A stretch of 64,000 bases of DNA, taken from assembly GCF_009914755.1 (NCBI RefSeq), contig NC_060926.1, one strand, 5' to 3'. The notes beneath the pieces are model-generated. The model saw nothing but the letters and a program-made list of their open reading frames with translations. It searched no databases and was not told where the DNA came from. Within the stretch, counting starts at the first letter, position 1; every line of letters begins with the position of its first letter. Of the stretch, positions 52,795 to 64,000 are shown in pieces. The DNA is from the human T2T-CHM13v2.0 reference genome, Homo sapiens. The position numbers and the translations under genes are program-made.

Positions 52795-54094
52795 AAATCA
52801 AAACAATTGAACTCATGGACATAGAGAGTAGAAGAATGATTATCAGAGGCTGGGAAGGGTATCAGGGCATTGGGAGGGTGGGGATGGTTAACATGGGTAC
52901 AAAAGAAAATAGAAAGAATAAATAACATCTACTATTTGATAGCTCAACAGAAGGACTATAGTCAATAACTTAATTGCACATTTAAAAATAACCTGAAGAG
53001 TGTAACTGGATTGTTTATAACTCAAAGAATAAATGCTTCAGGAAATAGATACCTCATTCTCCATGACGTTTTTATTTCACATTGCATGCCTGTATCAAAA
53101 CACTGCATGTAACCATAAATATTGATATATATATACCTACTATGTACCCAGAAAAATTAAAAAAAATAAATAAAATCAAAGGTTAAAAAAAGATCAATAA
53201 TCAGGTCTTTTGCCATGTAGGTAATAGTCACAGGTTCTGAGTATTAGGGCATGACATGTTTTTTCTAAGAGCCGCCATACAACCCACTATAGATGGGGAA
53301 CTGGGGAAGATAGCAGAGACTGCAAAAATGTCCAAAAACATTGCACACATCACAGGATCCCAGTTCTGGGAAACCTGGGGAGGCTTATACAATTTCAACA
53401 AATGAATTCAATGGGCAAGACAAGGATGTGGCCACCAACACCAGGGCACCAATGTGACTGGCTCTGGAGGAGAAGGTTTGAGCGGCTCCAGCATAGGAGT
53501 CCTACCCACATCCTATTTACGAGGGCCAGAGGAGCCCCACAGAAATAGGAGGACACAGAGTGATGGGTTTTTAAGTGTCTCAGCAATGGGTGTTAGATCA
53601 CCTTGACTTCTAGGTAATAAGCCAAATGCAGGTGAAACCGATATTACTGACAAATACATTTGATAATCTATTACAAACTTCAATAGTTGGCCATGGGAGG
53701 TAATATTTTAGGTGATGATATATTGTAGAACAAATCAAGATAACTTCTAGTTTAGTTTAGCTAGTAAACTGGAAGTAAAGATTTATTTTAAGTCATTTGC
53801 AAACAACCATCAGCACATCCATGCAGCTTAAATTTCCTTTTAGGATCAGAGTCTTTGATCTTGAATTTGGAGCAATAGCCCAGAGGCCTTAAGATCTTTC
53901 ACAACTAAATGCCACTACAATTGCTGCACACTCTATCATCTGGCAAGGTTTGGCCTAACCTAGGAGATCAAAGACCACGAGATTAGGAACACATTATCCT
54001 ACAGCCTGTACATAAACACACTAAACTTTTGAGATTATAATGCTATGACATAAACCAACAGCCCCTCCAGGACCAGGTCTGGCCCATGTAGTGC

Positions 54095-54212
54095 TAAAGC
54101 CCCAGAACTTCTGGCTCTAGCCCCAGAACTTCTGATTCTGACTCAACAAGCACTCCCTAAGCAATTCTGCTGTAGGTGGCCCAGGAACCACACTCCGGAA
54201 AACACTACCCTA
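54095..54212. mobile_element. MER5-like fragment
   Basis: CCCCAGAACTTCTGATTC...AACAAGCACTCC...ATTCTGCTGTAGGTGG...ACCACACT...AAACACT. Confidence 0.55.
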
Positions 54213-54653
54213 AGAGAGATGGGCATTAGAAAATTAAAAGAATTATTTTAACATATCTATGCATAACAGGGCAGTATTACATATTAATGAACCATAAAGT
54301 GAAGCTGTTGATCATATACATGAGCTCAAAGATTTTAAAAATATTTTAAACATATCCTTCATTTGGAAGATCAATGTTTTGATATTACTTTCTCCAAACA
54401 CTGATTTTATATCCTGTATCACCTTTACTCAGAATTAACATCCTAAACATTTACAGAGGGAAGTATTTAAACTCCTTTATTCATTCAGAAGCACATCTAG
54501 CATGCCTTATTAACAGGACTGGAAATGGAGGAAAATGTGCTACAATATTCCTCAACCTTCAACTTCTATCTGATAAAAATTTATCTGCTAATCTCCAGCC
54601 TGTAACTTCTCCTTTCTCCTCCAACTAGACTGTCTAGTTCTTGCGCTTTTATA

Positions 54654-54733
54654 TTAGGTTGGTGCAAAAGTAATCATGGTTTTTGCTATTAAAAGTAATG
54701 GCGAAAACCACGAATACTTTTGCAGTGACCTAA
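54654..54733. mobile_element. MADE1 (Hsmar1 mariner MITE), 80 bp
   Basis: TA|TTAGGTTGGTGCAAAAGTAAT...ATACTTTTGCAGTGACCTAA|TA; near-palindrome with TA TSD. Confidence 0.95.
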
Positions 54734-57700
54734 TACTTCTCTAGTATTTCTTACATCCCACACCATGACGCAATTATCTGTGAATGTCATCTACCACATT
54801 GGACTACATTTTCTGGAATCAGAGACATGGCATTATCTGACCTTGGGTATGTCCTCAGCACACTGCTATAAACAAGGTTGGTATAAAATAAAAGTTTATT
54901 GAATTCAATGGAAAATATGTATGCTCTTTTTAATTCCAGGATAATTACATAATTCATTATATAGGTATACAGTTATATTTTAAAAATCTATTTACATCAA
55001 CCAGTGTGGTTCTGATAAAAAACTGTTTTCAAAAATGAGAGGAAAAATAATAATGTATCCAACATATTGCAAACTTTTGAAAGAATAATGAAGGTTAAGG
55101 TAGAAGGGCATCTTATCTCAGGCATCTAGGCATAACTAGACAGCAATAAGAATGAGTTACTTTACAAAAGGGAATTGATTTAGATATATTTGAAACGGGA
55201 GGTTGTGCAGAGTTGGGCTGGTCTATATTTCAGACATGCAATACAGGCAGCATTATTGCTTGCATGCAATTTCTCTTCTTTCTCCAGGTCATGCAAAATT
55301 AATTAAAAGTTATTGAATTTTCTCCTGGATAATTTCTGGGCTGTTCATTCGAATTTGGAGTAGAAAGAGGTTCGGAATGGCCTGAGCGCAAATGACAAAT
55401 GTTAGCTTATGCAGAAGCAACATCCTAAGAATAGTGATGATTTTGTAAAATACCCAAAAGGAGTTTTGCATACTTCGGAAGTTTTGCACATTTAATGGAC
55501 TACAAATGTGTATTCCACATGGGGTGACAGTGAATTTTTGAACTGGAGATGCTCTTTGCCTCTCTCTGATATGCTTTGGAAGTAAAGCTGGGAAAAGAAA
55601 AGGAAAACTCTGTTAAAGTATAAGGAGTGCTGAGGACTCAGTATAGCATCTCTTTCACATACTTGACCTGGAAGTGAAAAATAAGCATGTCTTCTCTCTA
55701 CAGGAAATCACAAAGCCAGACACTATAATGAACAAGGACTGAATGACTACTTCAGTTAGAATTCTGATGATGTTAATGTCAATAGGAGGAATTTCACAAG
55801 TAGTTTTCATTTGTTGCACGAATTTTGAGAATATTCATATCAGAAAATTGATTTCCTATTACCTATACAGATTCAAAAGACAGATACTTTGAATGATATA
55901 TTTATACAAGAGAAATATGTAAAAATATTTGCATATAGCATTGATGTGGTCATTAGTCCAAGGTATATGAATTGGAATTTTCTTTCTTATCTGAGATGAG
56001 GTTTAACAGTTCAATTTCACAAAAGGTTGCCTTGCTTCGTCTGCCAAATGAACTCCTAAAAAATTATACGAGATGAAATACACACCTCAGGAAAGAATCA
56101 TCTTGATTAAACATTTGACCAATGTACTCAACAGTGAACATACACAAGGTCCTTTGTTCTATATTGATTAAAAGTGCAAACATTGACTTTCTAACACCTT
56201 TAGCCACACAAGTAAAAAGGAAAGAAACAATGTACATTTTTTGTAAAATAAAGGAGGATGCTTAAATTTTGTTAGAATTATTTTTTTCTATCAAAAATTC
56301 TCAAATAGCATTATGCCTAGTATAATTTAAATTCTGTCAATGACAAACACACCAAAGAATACCATATTGCTGCTATGTGAGAATGCTATCTTGAATAGCA
56401 TATCATTGATTTGTCCTATTTTTATGACATACTTGATGATTTGATTAATCATCTGAGGATTAAATATCATCAATTTTTATTATGCATGGATTTGACTGAG
56501 TTTTTATAATAGAAGACAAGTTTTTATTACAGAAGAAAATCATACAACTTAACTTTATGCTAAGCTGTTTTTCCACCAATTTCCAAGTTTCTATATATAT
56601 TCAACAGCTTAAACACAGTGAAATGGCAAGGTATAGAAAGCACCCAGTCCAAAGTCTGGCAAGTGGAGTGGGCATTCAGTACTTCCTTGGTGCCTCACTG
56701 AGTAGCACTGAGTAGATACTGGTAAATAATGAAAATTATGTAGCCTGGGTGGGAGGATGTATGCAGCCAGCCAGGATTTCTTTTCTAGCCTACATGTTAA
56801 TTGGTTTGAGATGTACTTCCAAAAGAAAGGTGAGCAGACAGTAAAACAATTTCTACATGAAGCCAAAGAATTTGTTTGTGAAAAATGAATAGAATTGTTA
56901 TTTAAAATATCTATGATAGGTAATTGTATCTGACAAACTTAAACCTCTTTTAAAATTGCTCTATATTAACATGCCAAAATTTGTATTCATAATAGAAATA
57001 GCTACTCTATAAACTGATCTAGATGTTGTTTGTGTGTATGCACACACACGTGTGCTTTCTAAATTTCTCATAATTAAGGACTAATATTAATTAAGAATTA
57101 GATGACCTTACTGATTCAGCCATGTTTGGACAACTTGTCATTGGCATTATTTAATTTAACCCCCACTAAATAGAGGAGTAAAAATCAGCCATTTCTTTAA
57201 AGGTGGTCTTTTCTCTCTATTTCATCTTGTGTCATTGCTCTTTTGTATTGGAGAAACCCTAGATTGTACACAGATATAAATAATTTTATATGATTATCAA
57301 ATATGTCAAAAAATTCTGAAGAATTTCATCTGATAGTTGCAAGGTTATTTTTTTCAATGACCTCAAATTAAGGTCCTGAGAGGACCAAGACCTGGGATTT
57401 GCTTCCACATTAACCACACAGAAAGACCTGCCTTCCAGTGGGTGGGGCTTCCCACTTGAAGTCCACCTGGTTTGGACAAAGAATTCTAGAGAACCCTGAC
57501 AATGCTCCTGTTGGGTTCAACATTTTATGCCACAAATTATTCTGTGAAAAAGAGCAGTTTTCTATAGAACTAATGTAACTCTAGGCAGAAATATAGATTT
57601 AGAAGAGTTTAAAAATACCCAAGTTAATTCAGTGCCAAGTACTTATACTCCTGTTTGCCCATCCCATAATCACACTCTCCCTTCTTTATAAATTAATAAA

Positions 57701-57801
57701 TTATGCATAGGGTCAAACATGTTCTTGAACTTCTCTAGTACTTACAGACTAAAAAGTACAATTAAACAGAAATAAAATTTGCCTGAACGTATTCTTTAAT
57801 T

Positions 57802-58022
57802 CAGGGGTTTCCAATCTTTGGCTTCCTTGGGCCACAGTGGAAGAAGAAAAATTGTCTTGGACCACACATAAAATACACTAACACTAATGATAGCTGATGA
57901 GCTAAAAAAAATTGCAAAAAAAACTCATTATGTTTTAAGAAAGCTTACAAATTTGTACTGGGCCATATTCAAAACCATCCTGGGTCACATGCAGCCCAAG
58001 GGCCACAGGTTAGACAAGCTTG
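57802..58022 (+). mobile_element. MER30 (hAT-Charlie)
   Basis: CAGGGGTTTCCAATCTTTGGCTTCC...GGTTAGACAAGCTTG; 8-bp TSD CTTTAATT/CTCTAATT. Confidence 0.92.
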
Positions 58023-58369
58023 CTCTAATTGTTTCATAAGAGTTAACATTGAATACCTAGAAAGATTAACTCCTTTAAGCTTCTCACAGGATGCCTAGCT
58101 CAGACTAAGTACGTAATAAATGCTTGTTCCTTGCTTTTCCCCATCCGTCATGAGGGCAGAGACTTTGTTTCATACTTTATTCTCTTATTGAACTCCCTGC
58201 ACTGTTTCCAGTTCAATGCTGATCACACAGCTTGGAATTCTGTAATAGTTTTTTTTTTTTTTTGATTGACTAAAAGATAGACTGATTCAGTGATACTGAT
58301 AGTACAGCAGTATGCTTAAAATAATAAAGGTGTAGTTCCTCACAAATGGAATATTAAATCTCATTAAGG

Positions 58370-59926
58370 ATTCAGATGCTACAGAAGGAAGAGCCCAAAA
58401 ACAGACCCACATACATCTGAAAACTTGATATGTGATGTAATTGGCATTGCAGACCAATAGGAAAAAGATAGGCTGCCCAGTAAATGGGGCTGGTAAATTG
58501 TTTATTCACAAATATATAAAAAGTTCAATGCTTACAGTACAGGATATTTTTATGAATCTAAGGTTGTAAATATTCCTTAAGCAGAATCGCAGAAGTACAA
58601 ATAGCAAAGGAAAAGTCTGATAAACACAACTGCATTAAAATAAAATATTCTGTTCATCGAAAGACGCAAATAAAAACATCAAAAATGCAAGACACAAAGT
58701 GAAAGAAGATAGTTGCAATGCATATAACCAAAAAAGGACTGGTATCCCATACATCAATAAGAACCCAACAAACAATCCAAGGAAAATATAAGAAAAACAC
58801 ATGAACGGGCACCTCAAAGAAGAGGTACTTTAAATAAAGGGCCCATAAACATGTAATAAGATGGTCAGCTCCATTTAATGTGTAAATTCTAATAAAAACC
58901 ACAATGATATCATGTCACAAACAATAGATGGACCAAAAAAAATTAAGTCTGGCAAAATCAAAACTTGGCAGGATGTGGCACTCTGGGAATGTTTAAGCAA
59001 TCCTAGTAGGAGTATAAATCGGTGCAACCATTCTGGAGAGAAATTTAATAAGACCTAGTAAAGTTGAAAATGAGCCAACAACCCAGCAATTTCACTCCTA
59101 CTTATTTATATGTCCCTGGAGAAGCTCTTACACATGCGCTTAAGGAGACATGACCAAGACAGTTCTTCGGACCAGGCATGTTGGCACATGCCTGTAATCT
59201 AATCCCAGCACTTTGGGAGGCCGAGGTAGGAAGATCACTTGAGCACAGGAACAAAATGTCACCCCATCTCTACAAAAAATGGAAAAGTTAGCTGAGTGTG
59301 TTGGTGTACATCTGTAGTACCACCTACTTGAGAGGCTGAGGCAGGAGGATTGCCTGAGCCCATGAGTTCCAGGCTGAAGTGAGCTAAGAAGGCACCACTA
59401 CACCCAGCCTGGGAAACAAAGCAAGGCTCTGTAGAAAGAAGAAAAAAAAAAGAAAGAAAAGAAAAAAAAAGAGGAGAGATAAGAAAAGAGAAAATGAGAA
59501 AAGAAAGATCTTAGCAGCACTGTTTGTAAGAGCCACAAAGAAATGATAAACAACTGAAGATTATTCACATGATGGAACAATGCACAGCACAGAAAAAATG
59601 TGCTATCTCCATAAACTTCACACACAGGGTCCAGCCAGAAAGAGAGGAACAGAGGAATACATACAGTATGTTATCAGTTTATGATGTTTTATAAATGAAA
59701 AACAATACTATGTATAGACTTGAGACCCATGAAAATGTTAAAAAGTATATATATCTATATCTATCTATATATATATACATAATTAAGAGAGACTGAATTT
59801 AAGATTAGATTAACTCTGAGACTGAAAGGAGGAAAATCAGATCAAAGAGAAACATGAAGGTGGCCATATTTCTATTTGTAATATTCCATTTCTTAATCTA
59901 GATGTTGCGAAGACAAGGGTTCTTTC
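58370..59926 (+). mobile_element. L1ME-type ORF2 3'/3'UTR fragment (AluJ and MER44 inserted)
   Basis: CAGACCCACATACAT, AAAATATTCTGTTCATCGAAAGAC, GTATAAATCGGTGCAACCATTCTGGAGAG, CCCAGCAATTTCACTCCTA. Confidence 0.75.
59170..59505 (+). mobile_element. AluJ (Jo/Jr-like) with A/G-rich tail
   Basis: GGAGGATTGCCTGAGCCCATGAGTTCCAGGCTG; deletion in the left arm. Confidence 0.9.
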
Positions 59927-60587
59927 CATTAGTCTTCTTTTATTTATAGGGGATGCATTCCAAGGTGCCCAGGGGATGCCTGAAATAGTGAATAGTATGA
60001 GACCCTCTGTATGCTAAGTTTTTTCTACATACACTTATTTTTGTGATAAAGTTTAACTTACAAATAAGGCACAGTAAGAGATTAACAATAATTAATAATA
60101 AACTAGAACCATTATAACATTCTGTAATAAAAGTTATGTGACTGTAGTCTCTCTCTCAAAATATCTTATTGCACTGGACTCACCCTTCTTCTTGTGATGA
60201 TGTGAGATGACAAAATGCATTTGCGATGAGATGAAGAGAGGTGAATGACACAGCCGTTGTGATGTAGTGTTAGGCCACTATCAACCTTGAACACAAGCAC
60301 TGAAATACTGGATGCCATGACAGTTGATTTGATAAGCACGTGGCTATGCAATGACTAACAGGTGGGTAGCGTCTACAGTGTAGATATGCTGGACAAAGGG
60401 ATGATTCACATCTCAGGCTGGACGGAGCAGGTTGGTGAGAAATCTCATCAAGCTCCTCAGAAGAGTGCCATTTAAAACTGATGAGTTGTTTACTTCTAAA
60501 TTTTTCCATTTAATATTTTTGGACCATGGTTGTCTGTGGGTAGTTGGAATCTTGGAAAGTGAAACTACAGATAAGGAGGCATGGCTG
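59927..60587 (+). mobile_element. MER44 (B/C/D-like, Tigger7 derivative)
   Basis: Shares sequence with 16581-16920 (GATAAAGTTTAA, TGTAATAAAAGTTATG) plus a longer internal part; ends GAAAGTGAAACTACAGATAAGG...CTG|TA. Confidence 0.88.
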
Positions 60588-60748
60588 TATATTTAGTCTT
60601 CATACAACATGCACAGAAATATTTAATTTTTCAAAATTTCTGCATTCCAAAAACTCAAATATATTTTAGTTTTGCTTAACTGAAAATTCTAAAATAGTTT
60701 TAAATTCTTGAAACAAATAGCTCAAAAGGAGAGTCCCTCCAATTCAGA

Positions 60749-61060
60749 TTTTTATTGTTATTTATTATTTATTTATTTTGAGACAGAGTCTCCCTCTGTC
60801 CCCAGGCTGGAGTGGAGTGGTGTGATCATGGCTCACTACACCCTCGACCTCTCCAGCTCAAGTGATCCTCCGACCTTAGCCTTCCAAGTAGCTGGGACTA
60901 CAGGCAAGTGCCACCATGCCTGGTTAATTTTTTAATTTTTTATAGAGACAGTACCTCTCTATGTTGCCCAGGTTGGTCTCAAAATCCTGGGCTCATGCAA
61001 TTCTCTCACCTCGGCATCCCAAAGTGCTGGGATTACATGCATGAGCCACTGCACTTGGCC
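60749..61060 (-). mobile_element. AluJo-like
   Basis: Antisense dimer GATCATGGCTCACTAC...GCTCAAGTGATCCTCC...CACTGCACTTGGCC; T-rich tail. Confidence 0.92.
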
Positions 61061-62554
61061 CAGATGAAGTTTCATATTTCACTAAAGAGAAACTACCTAG
61101 CTTCTAAGAAATCATTGAAAAACCATATAAGGCAATAGGCAAAGCATTGCCAATTACGTAGATGATTTTAGAAAAAGAAAAAAGGAATGTCTAGAAAGGA
61201 AAAGATTAGCATAAGGGTTCTTCAGAAGGGAAGAAACATAAGGGGTCGAGAGAACAGGTTGCAATTTTCGTTGGAGTTAGTGTATCCAGACATCCTTGAA
61301 CCTGCCTTTCCTGTCGTTGGTTCTATCTCCACAATCCAAGTAAATTGGCAGGTTGGCTTATCAAAACAATGCATACAAAAAATATTTCAGAGTGATTTGC
61401 CCTTGTTTCCTTCTTTGATCACAGAAACCCACTTAAAGAGCACTATTCCACACATACCTTAGTAAATTCAATGACATTTTTTTCTGGCTGCTTCAGCTGC
61501 CATGATGATTGCAAACTGTACACTGCCCTCACCACGCAGACTACTTTTCATGCCTGCTATGTGAACACAAAGCTTTGTTTTTTTTCCAGTCCCAAGTCCC
61601 TTATTCAGGACCAAATTACAAACAATGCTGTGTTAGACACTTTTCAGAAACCTCTGGATAAACGAGTCTCAGCAGCCCCCTGGGCTCGACCCCACAGAAT
61701 GTAATGCCTGCTCATGCCCAAACCACTGCTTCCTTGTGAGCTTTGAATAGTCATTAACGTTGCCAAGACTGGCAATCATCCTTAAAAGTCTTCCTATGAA
61801 GGGAATCTAATTTGTATATGTCTGAAAAAGACAATGAAAGAAAACATGCTGGACTATGAACTCTCAAGGTATTTGTTCCTCTGGCTAACTGAAATGAGAA
61901 ACTTTTGAAAATATCTGCTATCATTTTTTGAAAATAATGATTGTGACTTTAAACCTGAAAAGCCTCATCTGTCCCACCTCCTCCTAATTGCCTGGATGAT
62001 AATGATGTAAATGCAGTTATAATTACAAAGAACTTCAATTCAATTTAATTTTAATTGTTTAAAATTTGTAAACACTCCAGAAAAACCTCATTAAGCTGGC
62101 TGAACTAGCTTGTTTTCAAGAGGGAACAGGGAGTCAACATTCACAGTTATTCATATTACAACATCCATTCACTTACACTAACCATTCTGATTAACCAGTA
62201 ATCACACACATTTGGAGCAAGCAGCACTGGCAAAGCTTGTTACAGCTTTTAAAAAATGCTTTGCAAGGTTGCATATATAAAATGAAGCCCCACATTCAAA
62301 AGCAGAACTTTGGCATGCATGCACATTGAAGAAGGGAGAGGAAAATCCTCACAAAATGCATGCATCAAAAAGTTTATACTTCTAAAACTGAGGTCTTAGA
62401 ATCCCGAAAGATTCAGGTTCATGTCTCCTTTTAGTATGAGATGATGTGGTCTGCATACCTTCCACAGTGTCTCACTGTGGTGTGAGTTTCACAGTCAAAG
62501 GAGGACGGCCTAAGTCCTTTGCACAAAGTACATCTTTATAACCAATTGCCCTGT

Positions 62555-62760
62555 AAGCGTAGCAGTGAAAAGAGCACTGGATTGGACTGGGGGAACCTGG
62601 CACATAAAATTCACTACTTGTGGGAACTGGGGTACATGTTCTAGCCTCTCTAAATTGGTTTTCTTAGTAAGATAAGCCAAACCTGAAGAGCTACTGCACA
62701 GAGTTTTGGGGACAATTAAATGTGCCTGGCATATAGAAGGTATGCAGTATATGTAGTTCA
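62555..62760 (+). mobile_element. MIR
   Basis: AGCGTAGCAGTGAAAAGAGCACTGGA...GTGCCTGGCATATAGAAGG. Confidence 0.6.
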
Positions 62761-63644
62761 TAGTATCCAAAAGGCTGAAACAAAAAGGGTTCACCTTTGG
62801 TTACCTTCTGCATAATTACTAACATTCTAGTGATTGATGATTGAATATATTTTAGCTGAAATCTTAAGTTTTCAGAACTCATCACCAATGGTTTATAATG
62901 GATACTTGTTTGTATCATGTGAAGGCCATATGTGGATAATTTTTAGAATTAACAAAATGTTGTCTTATGTCACAATTCTCTGAACTGTATGAGGGTTTAT
63001 TGGACAAATTAAAATTCAATCTAGTAATATACCACTCATATTGTCACATTTTACCAGACATGTTTTCCTCTGTTATTGAAATTTTAGCACTTCCTGCAGA
63101 TATTTGGAATAGAAATAGAATAACGACAATTGTTATTACTACTCATTTTTACAAAGGGCTTTTCAATTTCTAAGATGATTTTAATATACATTGTTTTGGC
63201 TTGTCCCTATAGCTTGCAGATTTGGTCCCAACACTCACAGTGACTAACAATGTTCAGAGCAGTGTAATCATTGGATAAAAGCAGCAGAGGCCTAAGGGCA
63301 GGGGTCAGACTTTGAACCCTTGCTTTCTGGTCTCAAATCTCATGCTCTTTTCTGGATGTTGAATTCTCCCATAAACACACTACGATCAACCAGAACTCCA
63401 CTTCCATTCATTTATAAGAGTTAAAAAAGTGAAGCCTCCATTATCATCTGAAGTGTAAAGAGACATCAGATTTCAAAATGATGGCAACAGGGAAGAGCCC
63501 TTGCCAAACTAACTATTATTTTAACAACTAAATGACTGTGTAATCACTGTACTTGCTGCAAAAACACTGAATTGAGGTTTCCATTTGGGTGTTTGTATGT
63601 TCTCAAGTCCAGCAAACAGAGCTCTGAAGAATGTGAGCACAGGC

Positions 63645-63949
63645 TGCCTGGGCACGGTGGCTCACACCTGTAATCCCAACACTTTGGGAAGCCTAGGCGG
63701 GTGGATCCCGAGGTCAGGAGATTGAGAGCATCCTGGCTAACACAGTGAAACCCCGTCTCTACTAAAATACAAAAAAATTAGCCAGGCGTGGTGGCAGGCG
63801 CCTGTAGTCACAGCTACTTAGGAGGCTGAGGCAGGAGAATGGTGTGAACCTGGAAGGCAGAGCTTGCGGTGAGCCGAGATCACACCAATGCACTCAAGCC
63901 TGGGCGACAGAGTGAGACTCTGTCTCAAAAAAAAAAAAAAAAAAAAAAA
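63645..63949 (+). mobile_element. AluY
   Basis: ATCCTGGCTAACAC, GAATGGTGTGAACC, GAGCTTGC; pure A-tail 63927-63949; degenerate TSD AAGAATG...CACAGGC. Confidence 0.95.
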
Positions 63950-64000
63950 GAATGGGCACACAGGCAAGTTTTTCACAGTACACCTAAGCAGTCAGTGATC

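Larger units (their letters stand above)
45417..53189 (+). mobile_element. Near full-length LINE-1, L1MA2-like
   Basis: 5' AAGATGGTGGAATACAAGGC (L1M 5' end), ORF1/ORF2 remnants, L1MA-type 3'UTR (CTACTATTTGATAGC...CATTGCATGCCTGTATCAAAACA), A-rich tail; perfect 15-bp TSD AAGATCAATAATCAG (45402-45416, 53190-53204). Confidence 0.95.
45090..53291 (-). mobile_element. MLT1C-like LTR split by the L1 (pieces ~45090-45416 and ~53190-53291)
   Basis: AATACCATAGACTGGGTGGCT...AGAAATTTATTCTCTCACAGTTCTAGAGGCCAGAAGTCCAAAATCAAGGTG; continues after the L1 as TTTTGCCATGTAGGTAATAGTCACAGGTTCTG...CAACCCACTATA. Confidence 0.85.

Overview
Primate (human-like) AT-rich nuclear DNA, intergenic or deep-intronic, dominated by transposable-element fossils. 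I recognise no host protein-coding exon, functional RNA gene, CpG island or CRISPR-like array. The long ORFs in the track are Alu- or L1-derived; the rest look like chance ORFs. Main content: a near full-length L1MA-type LINE-1 (45417-53189, perfect 15-bp TSD) inserted in an MLT1 LTR and itself carrying a THE1 LTR; solo LTRs (LTR47, MLT1D, MER11, THE1A, an ERV1 MER34/LTR48-like LTR, MSTA, LTR33-like); eleven Alus; DNA-transposon fossils (Tigger3b, MER2B, two MER44, MER46C, MER30, MER94, MER5, MADE1); and many MIR/L2/L1ME fragments. Family names are from recalled Repbase/Dfam consensus similarity, not from a search, so subfamily calls and the edges of old repeats are approximate. The sequence does not support a new biological system. 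The best leads are nested insertions, a perfect 33-bp duplication, candidate LTR-driven or lncRNA splice structures, and a few repeat-free segments that look regulatory.
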